Below are positions 61,406 to 64,000 of a stretch of DNA of 64,000 nucleotides, piece after piece. Every line of letters starts with the position of its first letter. Positions within the stretch are counted from its first letter, which is position 1. A model generated the notes under the pieces. That model was not told the DNA's origin, did not search any database, and worked only from the letters and a program-made list of their open reading frames with translations. Source of the DNA: Glycera tridactyla (lineage: Eukaryota); contig OZ286461.1 of assembly GCA_965644265.1 (NCBI GenBank), positions 99,014,001 to 99,078,000 on the forward strand, written 5' to 3'. The translations under genes and the position numbers were made by a program.

Positions 61406-64000
61406 ATATCTCGGAACGAAGGATTCTCATCTTCGGACGCCGCTCATACAATCATCATAGCATGCAGTATAAGGTATATATATTCAAAACGATGAGTCAA
61501 TGAACACACGCTTACTCGGTATAAGGCCAGGGATAATGAAACTGTGGCCTGTCTCAGGTGATCATAGGTCGTGGTTCATAGTCAAGCATCTGTATTACGG
61601 GCCGCGTTCGCCATTTTAATGTCTCCTTCACATCAATCATGATGAAATGGGTTGACCTGAACAATTGCGATTGGTGAACCCAGTTGAAATCATGTTAACA
61701 CCATCAGCCTTCTCACTTTGATGCTTGTTAGATGAATGCTTCTCTAGATAAGGACGTGGAGAAGTTGACTGTCTCACCAGTCTTCATATACTAGTGATAC
61801 AGGTATTGTTGGTTTGAGGTCTAACGGCATGTATCAAACCTAGGCTTATGTATGCTGTGTGTTCCTGGTTGAGGTGAGCTAGCTGTTCTCTCCCCTACAG
61901 ACATCACTCTCACAAGCCCTGAACACAAGATGACGGGAAATCTTAAAGTGCAATGTCAATTGGAAGTAGCTGACAGTTCAGACACACCTCTAACTACACA
62001 ACATGAAAATGACGAGCTTCAGGACGACATCTAACTATTTAACTAGCTGGAAGCCAACACCCAAGCCTGATACCATTACGTTTCTTTTTGACAAAGCACA
62101 GTACTTGAAACAAGGAACAGAGAATACTCAACAAAACTGTTCATTTACAAACTGTCAACTTCAAAAAAGCTTTACCCTAATGGCTGCCTTATGCTCACAG
62201 TACAATCCCATCACACAACCTACTGAACCTAGCTGCAGCTCTAGTGACCCAAAACTGGTGTGCCTAGTACCTACTTCATGCATAAAGACAATATCAGTAA
62301 CAGACAAACCATCAGCCACCTACACCTGAGATCATTTCACTGAAGAGATCAAAAAGAGCTCAGTGGGATAGAAAAGAGGTGAAGAAGATGAATCACAGGG
62401 ATAGTGTACTTTCGGTAGAAAATGTCTAAAGACAGATAACCAAATAATCTGATGGCATGTTTTCATCCAACCCCCCACACCAAAAGCTTTTGGGAAAAAG
62501 AGAAGGGATGATGCTACACCAAAGCCACATCATCCCCGATGGCAACAATTCGAAGAAAATGTCCCGCACCCACCGGTGGCTGCCATTCACAGAGACACTG
62601 GACTCTCACCCTACCCCCATGTGATACAGCGATGAGAACAGATCTGGCTGAAATTCCATGAAAAGATTCGAACTGTCTCTCTTGATCACCGTGACGTAGG
62701 TGTCAAATAAACCTAACGCACGCGTGACTACTCAAAAGTGCATATCATGCAAATCTATGAACAATCTTACCAGTTCTAGAAATCCATCCAGCATCGGAAC
62801 CTTTGATGAAGTCATACATGATTGATGGGCATGTCAAGAGTGCCTCGATCACTGATGTAAGCGATATGATAATTGTGTTTCTCTCCGTTTCACCCTGTCA
62901 AAATTTCCTCTTTAAAACGAGGGTGGGACAGCAGAAAGGTGGTATAGGTGGTAGTTCCGATCACAAATTCCATATACCCGAATTCAAGTGCTGACTGGAG
63001 TTCATCCAAGTGTCAGCATCTGATGAAATGGCGGCTGTGATTCATGTCTAGCTACCACTGTTTTTGTTGCTACTTAGTATGCCGAGGACATTGTTGGTAT
63101 TCTATCCTACCAGTGATATCCAACATGTCATGATTACGACATTGATCTTTTGTTGTTCAAGCTTTGTGTATACGCCTTTACAGGGATGCGTGATACAACT
63201 AATGTAGGATTGATTTTGCAATCAATTTCCAGCCCAAATAATGAGAACGGAAATTATTCCATACTCCCGCTGCTTCGGATGATTCGTAATTCAGACAGCA
63301 CGTTTCCCTCCTCGTCGATAATAGTATGAACAAAGTATAAACACACTATATATGAGTAGAGATGGTTACATGATGTCAAAAAAATCTAATGAGATGTGTT
63401 ATACATTGAGATACCTAGAACAATCCGGTGAGTGGGACTTGTGATTCTTATCTTCGAGATCGAGATGAACTCACACATGAACGGATGGGAGTAAATCATC
63501 CAGCAAGTGTCAATTAGAGAGCTGTACTTTAAGCGAGATGTTATACAAGCTGGATTATCATAGTACATTGTCCAACGTACATCAGAATTATGCCAGGTCC
63601 GCACTATGGGTCGTACTGTGACATATGCAATGTACAATGATGGGATCTCCTATGATTTCCTTTACCCAATCCTCGACAAAATGTGGAATGTCATTAGATC
63701 TTATGCACTGAAGATGTCAGCACAGGCAATGGCGAGGCGTAGCTTCATCAATGTGGAACTTGACATAACACAACCAGTTTACTTCACTGCCGTACTGAAT
63801 TAATGTTTTAGACACGATCGCTCTCATGTCGTCCACGTGATGTGGCCTTCGAACACACTGACCTCCCGAGGTCACTAGGAATTCGATGAATATTTGATAG
63901 TGAATAAATTCCAACTTGTCTTTGCCTAAGAGTTAACTTCATTTCCTTGCACGCTACAAGAAATACATGACCTAGTTACACCCACCAGGAAATCACTACG

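Noticed and set aside
62003-62329. 108-aa ORF as a possible LINE RT relic
   Set aside because: Only a vague LQDDI resemblance; no catalytic or YLG motif.

Overview
Gapped draft assembly (9 N-gaps) of animal-like, probably invertebrate, nuclear DNA. I find no intact, recognisable host gene, rRNA, tRNA or CRISPR array; the window reads as a transposable-element graveyard. Best supported are: a near-complete but frameshifted CR1/L2-group LINE ORF2 (APE + RT, 13.6-16.9 kb); several 5'-truncated LINE relics (CR1-like, L2, RTE); heavily decayed Ty3/Gypsy pol fragments recognised by eye from motif remnants; a Tc1/mariner-type MITE; a SINE-like segment; two long minisatellites (42-bp and 54-bp units); a 547-bp duplication between gaps; and many microsatellites. 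The most interesting structural signal is a set of ~150-bp imperfect palindromes from two unrelated-looking families that share one apex design on one strand (C-GAA-G triloop, 4-5 bp stem, GA-type mismatch). Also notable: a sequence core shared by the two minisatellites, and a stem-loop with a shared loop motif in two different LINE 3' ends. All family assignments are from manual motif reading, not database searches, and most short ORFs in the supplied track are spurious.
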